Assembly: GCA_963836235.1 (NCBI GenBank)
Contig: CAWIIP010000002.1
Location: 256,001 to 320,000, forward strand
Length of the DNA stretch: 64,000 bases
Direction of reading: 5' to 3'
Origin: an uncultured Pseudomonadota bacterium
GTDB lineage: Bacteria; Oederibacteriota; Muellerivitia; Muellerivitales; Muellerivitaceae
Below the pieces are notes generated by a model. It saw only the letters and a program-made list of their open reading frames with translations, did no database searches and was not told the origin of the DNA. Shown here piece after piece: positions 30,411 to 40,468 of the stretch. The position numbers were made by a program, and so were the translations under genes. The stretch's first letter is position 1; each line of letters starts with the position of its first letter.

Positions 30411-31946
30411 TTAAGGTAAATTCCATCGTTTATCCAGATCAACACTGGTAATTTTGGATTTGGATTTAAGTGTTTCTTCCAATAGTTCCCGTAATCCAGT
30501 CTGGGTTTTTCGGCGGGACTTTAATCGGCGGAAAAAATCATAACCCGAAGCCCCTCCGGCCAAAAGATCATTGACGGCCACTTGGTATTTCCGCTTATCG
30601 TTCAAAAGTTCGTCGCCAACCTTAATTTGGAGGCCATCGCCCGTTTTTTCAACCGTAAACCCTGAGATTTGCAAAAAATCATCCTTCCCTTTTTCCTCCG
30701 CTGATTCTTCAATGGCCTTTCTTAAATAAATCCCCGGAACGTCAATAGCCACAATTTCGCTGTCCGTGGGAAAAATTTCATACAAAATCTCCCGGGTTAA
30801 ATCGCCTGAATTAAATCCTGCTTTGAAGGAACCGTTATTGAGCAGGGCAATCTCCGTTTGTGCCGATTTTCGCATGGCATCCGTAAGTAGCTCACCTGCG
30901 ATGGAATCTCCGTTTTCCGCTTTGGTAAAATCAGCTGAAACCGTCGCCAAAACCTCATCGAGCGGCTTTTCTTTAAGCTGATCCTTGTACTTTTGCAAAA
31001 GCTCAACCATCTGGGGATCCTCTGGAAGATCCGACGTAACGGGAATGAGCTGATAGTGATAGTCCACTATGGAATAAGCCGCTATCTTGGTTTTAGGGTC
31101 TCGGTGCCCATCGACGGTTAAATCGAGCCGGCCCAGGTATAAGCCCCTGGAACCAGCCTGTCCGACAATCGGGCCTAAAAGGCTTCCATCTTTCAGTTGG
31201 GTGACAATCGGCGCGGTTAACAGCGTTTGGCTGTAACCCCCGATAACAACATGGATAAAAGGATTTTCTTTCGCGAATTTCTTATCCGCTTCCACGCCCA
31301 AATTGCTCAAAACGATGAATATATCCGCGTCTTTTTTAAAAATAGAATGAAGGCCTTTGGCCGAGGCGCCCGGAGGATTAAAAACAAGCCCTCGCACCGT
31401 TTCACGCCCAATGAGGGCGGGAGTTTCAGGGTTACAGAAACCGATGAGCCCCACACGGACTCCGGTGGCTTTTAAAACGTAAGGCCTGATATAGGGTTGT
31501 CCTCCACTGACCACATTGGCCGAAACCCAGGGGATATGGAATTTTCTTCTAAAATCTAAAAGGGCTTTTTTCCCATAGGTGAAATCCGTTTCTCCCAAGC
31601 CGATGGCGTCGTACCGCATCAATTGATAGGCTTCGCAATCCACTTCACCATGGGTCAATTCGGAAAATGCCGTTCCTGAAAACAAATCTCCGCTGTCCAC
31701 GAGAACCACATGATCGGGACCGACTTCCTTTCGAATTTTCTCGATCAAGGCCATCCGCCGGGTGACGCCGCCGACAGGTTTAGACGGATCATTCTGGTGA
31801 ACGGGATCGACTTGGCCATGATGATCGTTGGTAAAGAGAATGGTGAGAGTGACTTCGCGGGGGAAGGAACAATTCGGTAATACGATGAAGAAAAAGGCCA
31901 AAAGAAATAAAGGAAGTGTTTTTATCCCTGAATTTTGGACAGCCAT
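30411..31946 (-). CDS. Secreted 5'-nucleotidase/metallophosphoesterase-like protein with degenerate metal motifs
   Basis: TNDHHG, DSGD, SANV and the C-terminal 5'-NT domain are recognisable; GNHE, SH and GHSH motifs altered. Confidence 0.8.
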   Translation of the reverse strand: MAVQNSGIKTLPLFLLAFFFIVLPNCSFPREVTLTILFTNDHHGQVDPVHQNDPSKPVGGVTRRMALIEKIRKEVGPDHVVLVDSGDLFSGTAFSELTHGEVDCEAYQLMRYDAIGLGETDFTYGKKALLDFRRKFHIPWVSANVVSGGQPYIRPYVLKATGVRVGLIGFCNPETPALIGRETVRGLVFNPPGASAKGLHSIFKKDADIFIVLSNLGVEADKKFAKENPFIHVVIGGYSQTLLTAPIVTQLKDGSLLGPIVGQAGSRGLYLGRLDLTVDGHRDPKTKIAAYSIVDYHYQLIPVTSDLPEDPQMVELLQKYKDQLKEKPLDEVLATVSADFTKAENGDSIAGELLTDAMRKSAQTEIALLNNGSFKAGFNSGDLTREILYEIFPTDSEIVAIDVPGIYLRKAIEESAEEKGKDDFLQISGFTVEKTGDGLQIKVGDELLNDKRKYQVAVNDLLAGGASGYDFFRRLKSRRKTQTGLRELLEETLKSKSKITSVDLDKRWNLP

Positions 31947-31952
31947 AACAGC

Positions 31953-32303
31953 TTAAAATTCGCTGACGGCGTCTTGTTCAGTTTTCAAAATGTGGAAAAG
32001 ACCCGGGAGTTCCAAAAGGTCAAAAACCTTATAGATGTCCGGGCTAACATTGGCGATTTTGATGTCCCCTCGGTTTTTACGGACGTCCTTGATGATGCTC
32101 ATCAAAACACCAAACCCCGCGCTGGAAATATAGGTCAGCTTTTTCATGTTGAGGACGATTTTGTATTGTTTCTTTTTAAAGAGTTCCTGAAGAATAGCTT
32201 CGAATTCTCCGACGGTATTGATATCCAAAACTCCCTCGATATCAACTACCGTCACCGAAGTATTGGACATGGCGGCTCGAGTGGCAAGCACCAAACGTTC
32301 CAT
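31953..32303 (-). CDS. STAS domain anti-sigma factor antagonist
   Basis: G.LD...IVLNM..L.YISSAG.G.L. Confidence 0.9.
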   Translation of the reverse strand: MERLVLATRAAMSNTSVTVVDIEGVLDINTVGEFEAILQELFKKKQYKIVLNMKKLTYISSAGFGVLMSIIKDVRKNRGDIKIANVSPDIYKVFDLLELPGLFHILKTEQDAVSEF

Positions 32304-32315
32304 GTAAACTCCTCC

Positions 32316-33239
32316 TTAAACGTTTACAACCGGATCCGGGACCAAAGCTTCCGCGAACAATTTCGGATCATAAGGAATCAAGTCTTCCAAACATTCCCCC
32401 ACTCCCAAATAACGGACTGGAAGCTCCATTTGTTCTGAAAGGGCGACCGCAATGCCGCCTTTAGCCGTTCCATCCAATTTCGTCAGCACCAAACCTGTCA
32501 ACTGAACTTCTTTGTTAAACTCCCGAGCCTGGTTCAAGGCATTTTGACCGGTATTAGCGTCCAAAACCAGCCACTTCTCTTGTTGAATTCCCGGGGCGGC
32601 TTTTTGCGCAACCCGAATAATTTTTTGCAGCTCTTCCATTAAGTTCTGGCGGTTATGAAGCCTTCCGGCTGTATCCACCAGCAAACAATCTAGCCCACGG
32701 GCAATCCCGGATTTTAACGCGTCGAAAACAACCGCCGAAGGGGCCGCTCCATGGGAACCTCGGACGAACTCTACTTTAGCACGTTCAGCCCACTCCGTCA
32801 GCTGTTCTTCTGCCGCGGCACGAAAAGTATCTCCGGCGGCCAAAAGCACTTTTCTGCCTTCTGAGGAAAAACGAGCCGCCAATTTGCCCGCTGTCGTCGT
32901 CTTACCGGCACCATTGACCCCCGCCAACAGGATGACCACTGGATGGGCCAACTTCAGGGGAGTATAAGCCTTAAAAAGTCTTAGATATACCGCCTCTCGT
33001 AAATAATGAGCCAGGGTCTCCGGCGAAGGTTCCCTCTCGCTTTTCAATTTTTCCTGAACTTCCCGGATAATCGCCTGGGCGGTAGTAGCCCCCATATCGA
33101 TTGAGACAAGCCTTTCTTCCATCTCATCCAAGGTGCTTTGGGACAGCTTGGCAGTGCCCCTCAAAACCGAATCCAAGTTTGCGGTCAGTTGTTGTGCGGT
33201 TTTTCGAAGTCCGTTTCGAAATTTGTCGAATAAACCCAT
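32316..33239 (-). CDS. ftsY: Signal recognition particle receptor FtsY
   Basis: GVNGAGKTTT, DTFRAAA, DTAGR, TKLDGTAKGG. Confidence 0.96.
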   Translation of the reverse strand: MGLFDKFRNGLRKTAQQLTANLDSVLRGTAKLSQSTLDEMEERLVSIDMGATTAQAIIREVQEKLKSEREPSPETLAHYLREAVYLRLFKAYTPLKLAHPVVILLAGVNGAGKTTTAGKLAARFSSEGRKVLLAAGDTFRAAAEEQLTEWAERAKVEFVRGSHGAAPSAVVFDALKSGIARGLDCLLVDTAGRLHNRQNLMEELQKIIRVAQKAAPGIQQEKWLVLDANTGQNALNQAREFNKEVQLTGLVLTKLDGTAKGGIAVALSEQMELPVRYLGVGECLEDLIPYDPKLFAEALVPDPVVNV

Positions 33240-33370
33240 TTTAAGCCCACTATCCTTTTGGATTTCTCGTACAGGTCTACTGGGGCCGGTTGAGCCCTTA
33301 AAAGCTACTCCTATTTCACAAAATCTTTAATGACAACAATCAAAAGTTTTTTTTTTGGAAATATGAAGAC

Positions 33371-36300
33371 TTAAGACACCGAAGATTCTTCCGGAGAATT
33401 TTCCCTAAACTTCGTTGAAATTATCTTTGAGACGCCCGATTCTTGCATGGTGACGCCATACATAACATCTGCCGTTTCCATACTCACTTTGCTGTGAGTA
33501 ATCATGATGAACTGGGTCTTCTTGCTGAATTCCCTCAACAAATGGGTAAAGCGACCCACATTCACATCATCTAGTGGTGCGTCAATCTCATCCAATAGGC
33601 AGAAGGGACTCGGCTTCACCATGAAAAGCGCGAATAGGAGCGCGATAGCCGTCAGGGCTTTTTCACCGCCCGACAGCAGGGATACAGATTGAAGACGCTT
33701 TCCCGGAGGACGGGCCACGATTTCAATCCCCGATTCCAATACATCTCCCTCGTCGATCAGAATCAATTCCGCCCGTCCGCCCTCGAACAACCGTTGGAAA
33801 GTATCTTTAAAATTTTCTTGAACCGTAGCGAAAGTGGAAGTGAATAATTCTTTCGAGGTAAGATTAATCTTATTGATTGCCTTTTGAAGGTCGTCTTTCG
33901 CCTTCAAAAGATCTTCCCTTTGTTCGGTAAGGAACTTATACCTTTGGTTTAATTCGTCATATTCCTCGACCGCGACCATGTTCACCAAGCCGAGGCGTTC
34001 AATTTTCGCGCGCAATTCGACCGATTCCTTTTCAGCGTCGTCTCCGTCAAAACCCTTTTCGAGAGCTACCGGAGGATTTTCTAAATCTACCTTATACTCA
34101 ACTTGCAGTTTTTCCTCGATATTACGGACTTCCACGTTCATCTGGGCTTCCTGAAGCTCAAAACCATGAACTTCCTTCTGGACTTCCTCAAACTTGGAAC
34201 GGGAATGGCGCACCTTCTCCGCTCTTTCTTCGGTTTCGATGGCGATCTTCTCTCGTTTTTCCACGAATATTTTGACCCGGGCATCGGCTTCTTGTTTTGA
34301 CTCGGACAATCCGCCAACTTTTTTCTCGAGATCGTTCAAATCCAAGAAAAGTTGCTGTTCCTGTAAATCAAGCTGTTGGTTCTCTTCCCTCTTTTGAACT
34401 ACCGATTGGGTAAGTTGGTCTTGTTCCTTTTGATAACGCTCAGCCTCTTCCTTAGAACGTGCCGCGACTTCATCCAGACTGGCCAACTCAAGTTCTATTT
34501 GCAGAATTTGTTTCGCGATTTCGTCTTTTTGGGCCTGCAACTCTTGCAGCTGCCGCCGGGCTTCGGAAATCTCTTCTTGTGTCAGGTCATGAGCTTGGTC
34601 ACTTTGAGCTACCAGTTGGTTGAGTTCTAGGATACGGCTCTTATCGGTATTCCAATGCTCTTCCAATTGATTCTTCTCATTTTCTTTTGAGGTTTTTTCG
34701 GATTGCAACCGGGACAAAGTCTCGTGTAATTGGGTGATTTCCTTCTCGGCCTCAGCCAAACGGATTTTTAACTGGTGACGCCGGGTTTCGGCGCCCAAAA
34801 GATTATCTTCAGTTTCTTTCCGCTGTTTTTTGGTTTCACCTAACGCGGATTCGGTTTCCTGGAGCTGATTCTCCAAATTTTTCAACTTTCCAGCCATCTC
34901 GGACATTTCACGGTGGCGGCCCATCAGCGAAACACCCGAAACCGCCGAACCAGCCTTAATGAATCCCAGGGGACCCAACCGGTCCCCTTCCTTGGTGACA
35001 AAACGAGTACGGGAGTAACGTTCGGTCAATTCTTCGGCTACAGCCAAATCCTGCACAAAAAGATCCTGTTCAAAAAGAAAACGCACCACCGGTTCCATTT
35101 CAGGATTATATTTCAAAAGAGAAAGTACCGAAGCCTCCACGCCCCGCTCGGAAAGAACGCTTTCGGCAAAACCCTGACCCTGCAATTTAACGAGATCATC
35201 CAGTATGAACAGGGATACTTTCCCCTGGCCCTCAGTCTTCAAATAGGAAATAACCTTTTCGGCGGCTGCACGGTTTCGAACAACCAAAGACTGTAATTGG
35301 CCACCCAATAAAGCTTCCACAGAACTCTCGTGAACTTGGTCAACTGAAATGAGATTCGCCACCACGCCCAGAACCTCCTGCCACATCAGGGGCTCCGTCT
35401 GCTTGGCCAATAGAACCGCCTTTACTCCAGAATCATAGCCCGTCAGCTTGTTCTGAAGTTCTTCAAGAACGCTGTAACGAGAACGGACTTCCGAACAGCT
35501 GTTATTAAGTTGCTTAAGCAACATATTTGTTTCGTCAATTTGGGTTTCCTGTTGCGAAAGGACACTTTGAAAATGGAGTATCCTCTCATCAACTTGTGTC
35601 TCCTCGATTTGGGCGGCATTTTTATCTTCGTGGATCTTAGCCAAACGTTCATCAGCGTTCGCAATTTCGCTTTGAAATCTTCCCACTTGGGCGGCCAAAT
35701 CATTGACGCGCCTAGATGTTTCTTCGTCTTGGGACTTCAACGATTCCAATTCGGCCTTCATGTGAGCTGATTTTTTCATCAGATCCATAGCGGCGGTGTT
35801 TTTGCTTTCCAAGTCCTGGCTTTTGAAGGAAAAATCGCTGCCCAACGCCGACAATTTTGAGCTTAGCTCCTCTTTCAATTTATTCTTTTCTGATTTCTGG
35901 AATTCCTTATTTTGGGATAATTCAATCCTTTCTAATACCCAAATTTTCAACTGCTCGATGCGGCCTAAAGCTTCTGCCTGTTGCTGTTCATTGCGCAGTT
36001 TTTGATCCGCAAGCATATGGCGGTGGCGTTTGGTTCCTTCCATTCGACCTTGGGTAACTTCGACTTCGCTACTAACTTTATAAGCCTGTTCCCGTACACC
36101 GGCCAATTCCTGCTCAATTTCCATTAAATGGGCTCTTTGTTGCTTTTCGTCATGTTCCAATTTATGGGTTTCACCCTGGGCTTCATTTAAACGGTCTTTT
36201 ACCAAGCTCATTTTATGATTGAGGTCTTTGAGTTTGGACTTCAGTTTAGACAACTTATCTAAATGGATCTGAACTTGGAGTTTTCCTAGTTCTTCTTTGT

Positions 36301-36952
36301 ATTCGCGATATTTTTCAGCTTGCTTGGCTTGTCTTTCCAGGGTGGAAATCTGTCGTTTAATTTCAGCGATAATGTCTGAAATACGGATGAGATTTTGTTC
36401 AGTAGCGTCCAATTTACGTAAAGCCTCAACCTTGCGGGCCTTATACCGGGTAATACCCGCGGCTTCCTCAAAAATGGCCCGACGTTCCGCGGGCTTAGAT
36501 GTGACGATTTGATCCATTTGGCCTTGGGCCATGACGGAGTAAGTGCTGACCCCAAGCCCCGTGCCCATAAATAGTTCTTTCACATCTTTTAAACGGGCAG
36601 GCGTTTTATTGATGAGATATTCGGATTCTCCTGACCGGTAAACCCTGCGGGTAATGGAGATTTCGTTGTACTCAAGGGGTATTGTCTTGTCTTCGTTGGA
36701 AAGGGTAAGGGTGACTTCTGCCATGCTGGAAGGGTTTCGAGAATCCGTTCCATTGAAAATAACATCCGTCATTTCGGAAGCCCGAAGTCCCTTGGCGGAC
36801 TGCTCCCCCATGACCCAACGGACGCTGTCGGAAACGTTGGTTTTACCACAACCATTAGGCCCCACGACAGCGGTAACACCTGGCTCAAATAAAAGCTCGG
36901 TCTTATCGGCGAAGGATTTGAACCCGTGAATTTCTAGTTTTTTTAGATACAA
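33371..36952 (-). CDS. smc: Chromosome segregation protein SMC
   Basis: GFKSF, GPNGCGK, coiled coils with hinge, LSGGEK, LDEIDAPLD. Confidence 0.97.
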   Translation of the reverse strand: MYLKKLEIHGFKSFADKTELLFEPGVTAVVGPNGCGKTNVSDSVRWVMGEQSAKGLRASEMTDVIFNGTDSRNPSSMAEVTLTLSNEDKTIPLEYNEISITRRVYRSGESEYLINKTPARLKDVKELFMGTGLGVSTYSVMAQGQMDQIVTSKPAERRAIFEEAAGITRYKARKVEALRKLDATEQNLIRISDIIAEIKRQISTLERQAKQAEKYREYKEELGKLQVQIHLDKLSKLKSKLKDLNHKMSLVKDRLNEAQGETHKLEHDEKQQRAHLMEIEQELAGVREQAYKVSSEVEVTQGRMEGTKRHRHMLADQKLRNEQQQAEALGRIEQLKIWVLERIELSQNKEFQKSEKNKLKEELSSKLSALGSDFSFKSQDLESKNTAAMDLMKKSAHMKAELESLKSQDEETSRRVNDLAAQVGRFQSEIANADERLAKIHEDKNAAQIEETQVDERILHFQSVLSQQETQIDETNMLLKQLNNSCSEVRSRYSVLEELQNKLTGYDSGVKAVLLAKQTEPLMWQEVLGVVANLISVDQVHESSVEALLGGQLQSLVVRNRAAAEKVISYLKTEGQGKVSLFILDDLVKLQGQGFAESVLSERGVEASVLSLLKYNPEMEPVVRFLFEQDLFVQDLAVAEELTERYSRTRFVTKEGDRLGPLGFIKAGSAVSGVSLMGRHREMSEMAGKLKNLENQLQETESALGETKKQRKETEDNLLGAETRRHQLKIRLAEAEKEITQLHETLSRLQSEKTSKENEKNQLEEHWNTDKSRILELNQLVAQSDQAHDLTQEEISEARRQLQELQAQKDEIAKQILQIELELASLDEVAARSKEEAERYQKEQDQLTQSVVQKREENQQLDLQEQQLFLDLNDLEKKVGGLSESKQEADARVKIFVEKREKIAIETEERAEKVRHSRSKFEEVQKEVHGFELQEAQMNVEVRNIEEKLQVEYKVDLENPPVALEKGFDGDDAEKESVELRAKIERLGLVNMVAVEEYDELNQRYKFLTEQREDLLKAKDDLQKAINKINLTSKELFTSTFATVQENFKDTFQRLFEGGRAELILIDEGDVLESGIEIVARPPGKRLQSVSLLSGGEKALTAIALLFALFMVKPSPFCLLDEIDAPLDDVNVGRFTHLLREFSKKTQFIMITHSKVSMETADVMYGVTMQESGVSKIISTKFRENSPEESSVS

Positions 36953-37137
36953 ACCCTATTTTCTCCAAGAAAGAAATAGAAAATAGGCCGAAAAGTGTAG
37001 GAAAAATGTAGAAACGGCTTAATTTTACTGACTTTATCATTACTAGGGGTAGATGGCAAGAGCTTTAAACCTACCAAGTATAGAATACAACGCCATAAGG
37101 ATTTCTTATTTAGAATCTTCAGCGGGATAACTTTTCC

Positions 37138-38244
37138 TTATTGTTGGAAAGCATAACGAATAAACCGATTAACAGGCATCTCAAAAAGATAATATGAAGC
37201 GGCCATAATTCCCGTTGATAGTATGGCAAAAATTGAAAAGACTATAAAAATATTTTGATTTCGAAGAAATGGGTAATAAATAAAAGGATAAAAAAATCTT
37301 GAGTAAATCAAGGGATGAAAAAGATAGATACCGTAACTAAATTTACCAGTCCAACTAAGAAAACTCAAATACTTTGACTCAAAAAAATTTAGATGGAGCC
37401 CACCCAAAATAAAGGAAAAAGCCCCCAACGCTACAAGCGTCGGACCGTAAATATCATCCATTATCCGTTCATTCATGTTGGTAAAAAAATACACCCCAAT
37501 TAATAAGCTGATACCTACCCCACATAGCAGAATGCTGAAAGTTTTATGCGTCGATAGACAATTTCTAAATCTTTTAGATGCCATATAAAGAAGAATACCA
37601 AAAGCGATTTGATCAAAGGCGCCGAAAGAAGTTTTATAAAAAAAATCGCGGCCTTTCGAGGGATACATAAGCATGCCACTTCTCCATAAAAGCCCGAAAA
37701 CGATGATCCCCAACAAAAGCGAAACAAATGTTTTGAGTCGACCAATGTTCTTCAAGACCATCGGATAGAAAAAATAAAATTGTTCCTCTACCGCGAGAGA
37801 CCATAAGAGTCCCCAATAGATTCCAGGCATGGGATTCGGATAAAAGGCTTGGAACCAATTAAAGAAAAAGGTGAAAATAGAAATCCAAAAAAGCGTTTGA
37901 AAATGGGTGACGTTATGGACGATGTAGGCGCCTATACCCACATGGATGATCAACAAAGGGAGAATCCGCGCTACCCGGCGAACATAAAAACTCCTCACCC
38001 CCGGGTCGAAAAGCTGATTGTTTTTGCCATCAATCAAACGTGTGATCAAAAAGCCGGAAACAACAAAAAAAACACAAACACCATAAACACCGTTAACCGA
38101 AAAAGGTTTCCATAACCATTGGAAAGAAGACCCGGATGGGGCAATCCCAACCAAGTGACAGGCCAGAACTGAAAGGATGGAAAAAGTCCTGACCAAATCG
38201 ATAACCTGTAGCTTGTCAGTGGAAGGCGGAACACTTTTTCCCAA
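37138..38244 (-). CDS. Acyltransferase 3 (OafA/YrhL-like) membrane O-acyltransferase
   Basis: D..R, GV..FFVVSGFLIT, FY.RR..RI.P, WSLAVEEQFY, SYGIYL.H, SY...E.P. Confidence 0.9.
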   Translation of the reverse strand: MGKSVPPSTDKLQVIDLVRTFSILSVLACHLVGIAPSGSSFQWLWKPFSVNGVYGVCVFFVVSGFLITRLIDGKNNQLFDPGVRSFYVRRVARILPLLIIHVGIGAYIVHNVTHFQTLFWISIFTFFFNWFQAFYPNPMPGIYWGLLWSLAVEEQFYFFYPMVLKNIGRLKTFVSLLLGIIVFGLLWRSGMLMYPSKGRDFFYKTSFGAFDQIAFGILLYMASKRFRNCLSTHKTFSILLCGVGISLLIGVYFFTNMNERIMDDIYGPTLVALGAFSFILGGLHLNFFESKYLSFLSWTGKFSYGIYLFHPLIYSRFFYPFIYYPFLRNQNIFIVFSIFAILSTGIMAASYYLFEMPVNRFIRYAFQQ

Positions 38245-38264
38245 CTCCGTCCCTAAGCGGCTGA

Positions 38265-38738
38265 TTAATTAAACTCCAAAAGCGAGAAGGCCAAATTAGT
38301 ACGGCGAAGTCGGCTGGAAATAAGGCTGATCAAAGTGCAGAAAACTTCATAGGCTACTTCCGGGTTTTTCTTGAGGAATTTCTTAAAATCATCACCTTTG
38401 ATCACGTGAACCGAACAATCCTCGCGCGCCTTAACCGTGGCAGAATAGGGGGCATCGTCAAAAACGCTCATTTCCCCAAAAATAGAGCCTCGGCTAAGGT
38501 CAGCCAAATATTTCTTTTCACCCGGTTGTTTACCGGATTTCGAAACTTCCGCCCGACCGTTAATCATGATGTGGAGGTTTCCGCCCGCTTGTCCTTCTTC
38601 AATAATACCTTGACCAGCTTTGAAATTCTGAACTTTCCCCAACTTGAAAATTTGGCTTAAAGTCTTATCCTGCATGCCATCAAATAAGCTGACTTCTTTT
38701 AAAAAATCAGTGGTAGGCACTTCTTTACGGGTTGGCAT
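38265..38738 (-). CDS. Stand-alone cyclic nucleotide-binding domain protein
   Basis: II.EG..G..L.I...G...V...G..FGEMS.....SATV.A. Confidence 0.85.
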   Translation of the reverse strand: MPTRKEVPTTDFLKEVSLFDGMQDKTLSQIFKLGKVQNFKAGQGIIEEGQAGGNLHIMINGRAEVSKSGKQPGEKKYLADLSRGSIFGEMSVFDDAPYSATVKAREDCSVHVIKGDDFKKFLKKNPEVAYEVFCTLISLISSRLRRTNLAFSLLEFN

Positions 38739-38801
38739 AGTTTTTCTCTCCGGAAGTAAAATCAAAAGGTGGATTTCGTTAAGTAGATAAAAACTTCTAT
38801 T

Positions 38802-38969
38802 CTAGACTTCTTGTTCTGCCCCAGCCCTCTCACGCGAATGCGGCTGGACTCTTTCTGTTTTTCTACCTTTATTCATCCGCCAGATTAAATAATAAGTTCT
38901 GACTACAACGAATGCCATGGCTAAAAAGCCGATTCCAAAAAAAACATAAGACACGGAATGTTTCAGCAT
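38802..38969 (-). CDS. Putative small single-pass membrane protein (55 aa)
   Basis: Manual translation MLKHSVSYVFFGIGFLAMAFVVVRTYYLIWRMNKGRK...; fills the gap in a co-oriented gene run; below the ORF-track cutoff. Confidence 0.5.
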   Translation of the reverse strand: MLKHSVSYVFFGIGFLAMAFVVVRTYYLIWRMNKGRKTERVQPHSRERAGAEQEV

Positions 38970-38986
38970 GTTCTTGTTTACGAGCC

Positions 38987-39820
38987 TTATTCATCCGCCG
39001 ATTCTTGGGAATAACGATAAGGCGCTTCCCAACTAGCAACGATACGATTGGGAGTTAATCGGCGCCCAAACTTCTTTTTAATAAGATGGAGAGCCGCTAA
39101 ATCGGCGTTTCGGATTTTTTGGGCTTGGGTCAGTGAATATTCAGCGGGCGGAACAGCTTCTCCCGGGCCAACTCTTAACCAAACTTTTTTCCCCGATTGG
39201 CGGACATAAACCTGAACGATCAATTTAGACTTAGGGGCGGTAAAATTGAATTGGCGCCACTGGCGTCCCTCCTGACCGTCATAACTGCCTTCTTCTTGCT
39301 TGCCATCAAGGGGACTTATTAATTTGTATTTTTTGAAAAGAAGGGCGTTAAGTACTTCTTGGGAAGTCCAAGCTATTCGGGAAGATTCGTTCCCCCCTTT
39401 CGCCTTCACCCATCCACCAAAAATAACATTCGGTCTATATTTTGAAACCTGCCAGGGCTTGACTGAATGATGGTGTTTTTTAGCTTTAGTCGCCTCGGCA
39501 CCTGGAGTAGCGACCGCAACTTGGGTGGTCGGAGACTGACTTTGATCATTACTTGTTGGAGGCAAGGGAGGATTCGATAGGGCCGGGTTCGCTGGAGACG
39601 CTTGTGTAGCAGCGGCTTGGTCACCGGGAAGTGGTGGCAAAGCTGGTGCCGCATTAGAAGAGGCCGGTTGATTCGCCGAGGACGCTGGGGCGGTGGAACT
39701 TGCATTAGAAGTAGCTGCCTGACTTTGATCGGGTAAAGGAGGAAGCGGGGGCATATCTTGGGCTGAAACAAAACCTACCGTCATCGAAAAAAGGATGAAC
39801 CCCAAAAATCGTTTCATCAT
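38987..39820 (-). CDS. Secreted hypothetical protein with Pro/Ala/Ser-rich N-terminus
   Basis: Signal peptide, PPLPPLP repeats, basic C-terminal domain; AAGGAG RBS. Confidence 0.75.
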   Translation of the reverse strand: MMKRFLGFILFSMTVGFVSAQDMPPLPPLPDQSQAATSNASSTAPASSANQPASSNAAPALPPLPGDQAAATQASPANPALSNPPLPPTSNDQSQSPTTQVAVATPGAEATKAKKHHHSVKPWQVSKYRPNVIFGGWVKAKGGNESSRIAWTSQEVLNALLFKKYKLISPLDGKQEEGSYDGQEGRQWRQFNFTAPKSKLIVQVYVRQSGKKVWLRVGPGEAVPPAEYSLTQAQKIRNADLAALHLIKKKFGRRLTPNRIVASWEAPYRYSQESADE

Positions 39821-39920
39821 GCCGAATGCTCCTTAACCCAAAATATTAGCCCTTTTCAGAGGGTCCTTATTTTAACCACTTTGATTGAACCCCCAACAAA
39901 ATTCTTACGTTAAAGAGAGC

Positions 39921-40415
39921 TTAAAACTTCATTGTTACAATCGGAACGTTGAATGCTAGGAACTGAGGGTGGGAAAGGTTTTCGACATAAGTGGAAGAGG
40001 ATGGAGGAGGGTATTTATTCGTTAAAACTGAAACGCAAGCGATAGTAGTGGACCCCAATCCAGCCGCAACCACAAACGGAAGAAAATAATCCCCTCCGAC
40101 TCCGAAATTGCCTCGCGTCGCCAAAGAAACAAGTCCAGTTATCCCAAAACTTGCCAAAGTCGTAAATGGAAGCGAAGTAATGAAAATAACCTGAAAATCC
40201 TCAGCTTGGTTTTCTTTATATTCCACTCCTTCAGGGTCATAACCATAAGCTTGCCGCTCATATTCATAGGGTTTGGCAAACCCTCCACTAATCTCCGCAT
40301 TATCGGAGAGGTTTGAGCTATCGTCGGGTATGGACAATTGCGCCAGACCTGCTGAAGGCCGGAATGCCATCAGGGCAATAAGACTAAGAAAAGCTAAAAA
40401 AGCGCGTAAGGACAT
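39921..40415 (-). CDS. Hypothetical exported/membrane protein
   Basis: Signal peptide and two hydrophobic segments; C-terminal Phe. Confidence 0.65.
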   Translation of the reverse strand: MSLRAFLAFLSLIALMAFRPSAGLAQLSIPDDSSNLSDNAEISGGFAKPYEYERQAYGYDPEGVEYKENQAEDFQVIFITSLPFTTLASFGITGLVSLATRGNFGVGGDYFLPFVVAAGLGSTTIACVSVLTNKYPPPSSSTYVENLSHPQFLAFNVPIVTMKF

Positions 40416-40468
40416 AGGATTATTTTAACTTGAGGCAAATCCGAAAGAAACAACCAAAGCCTTTCCTT

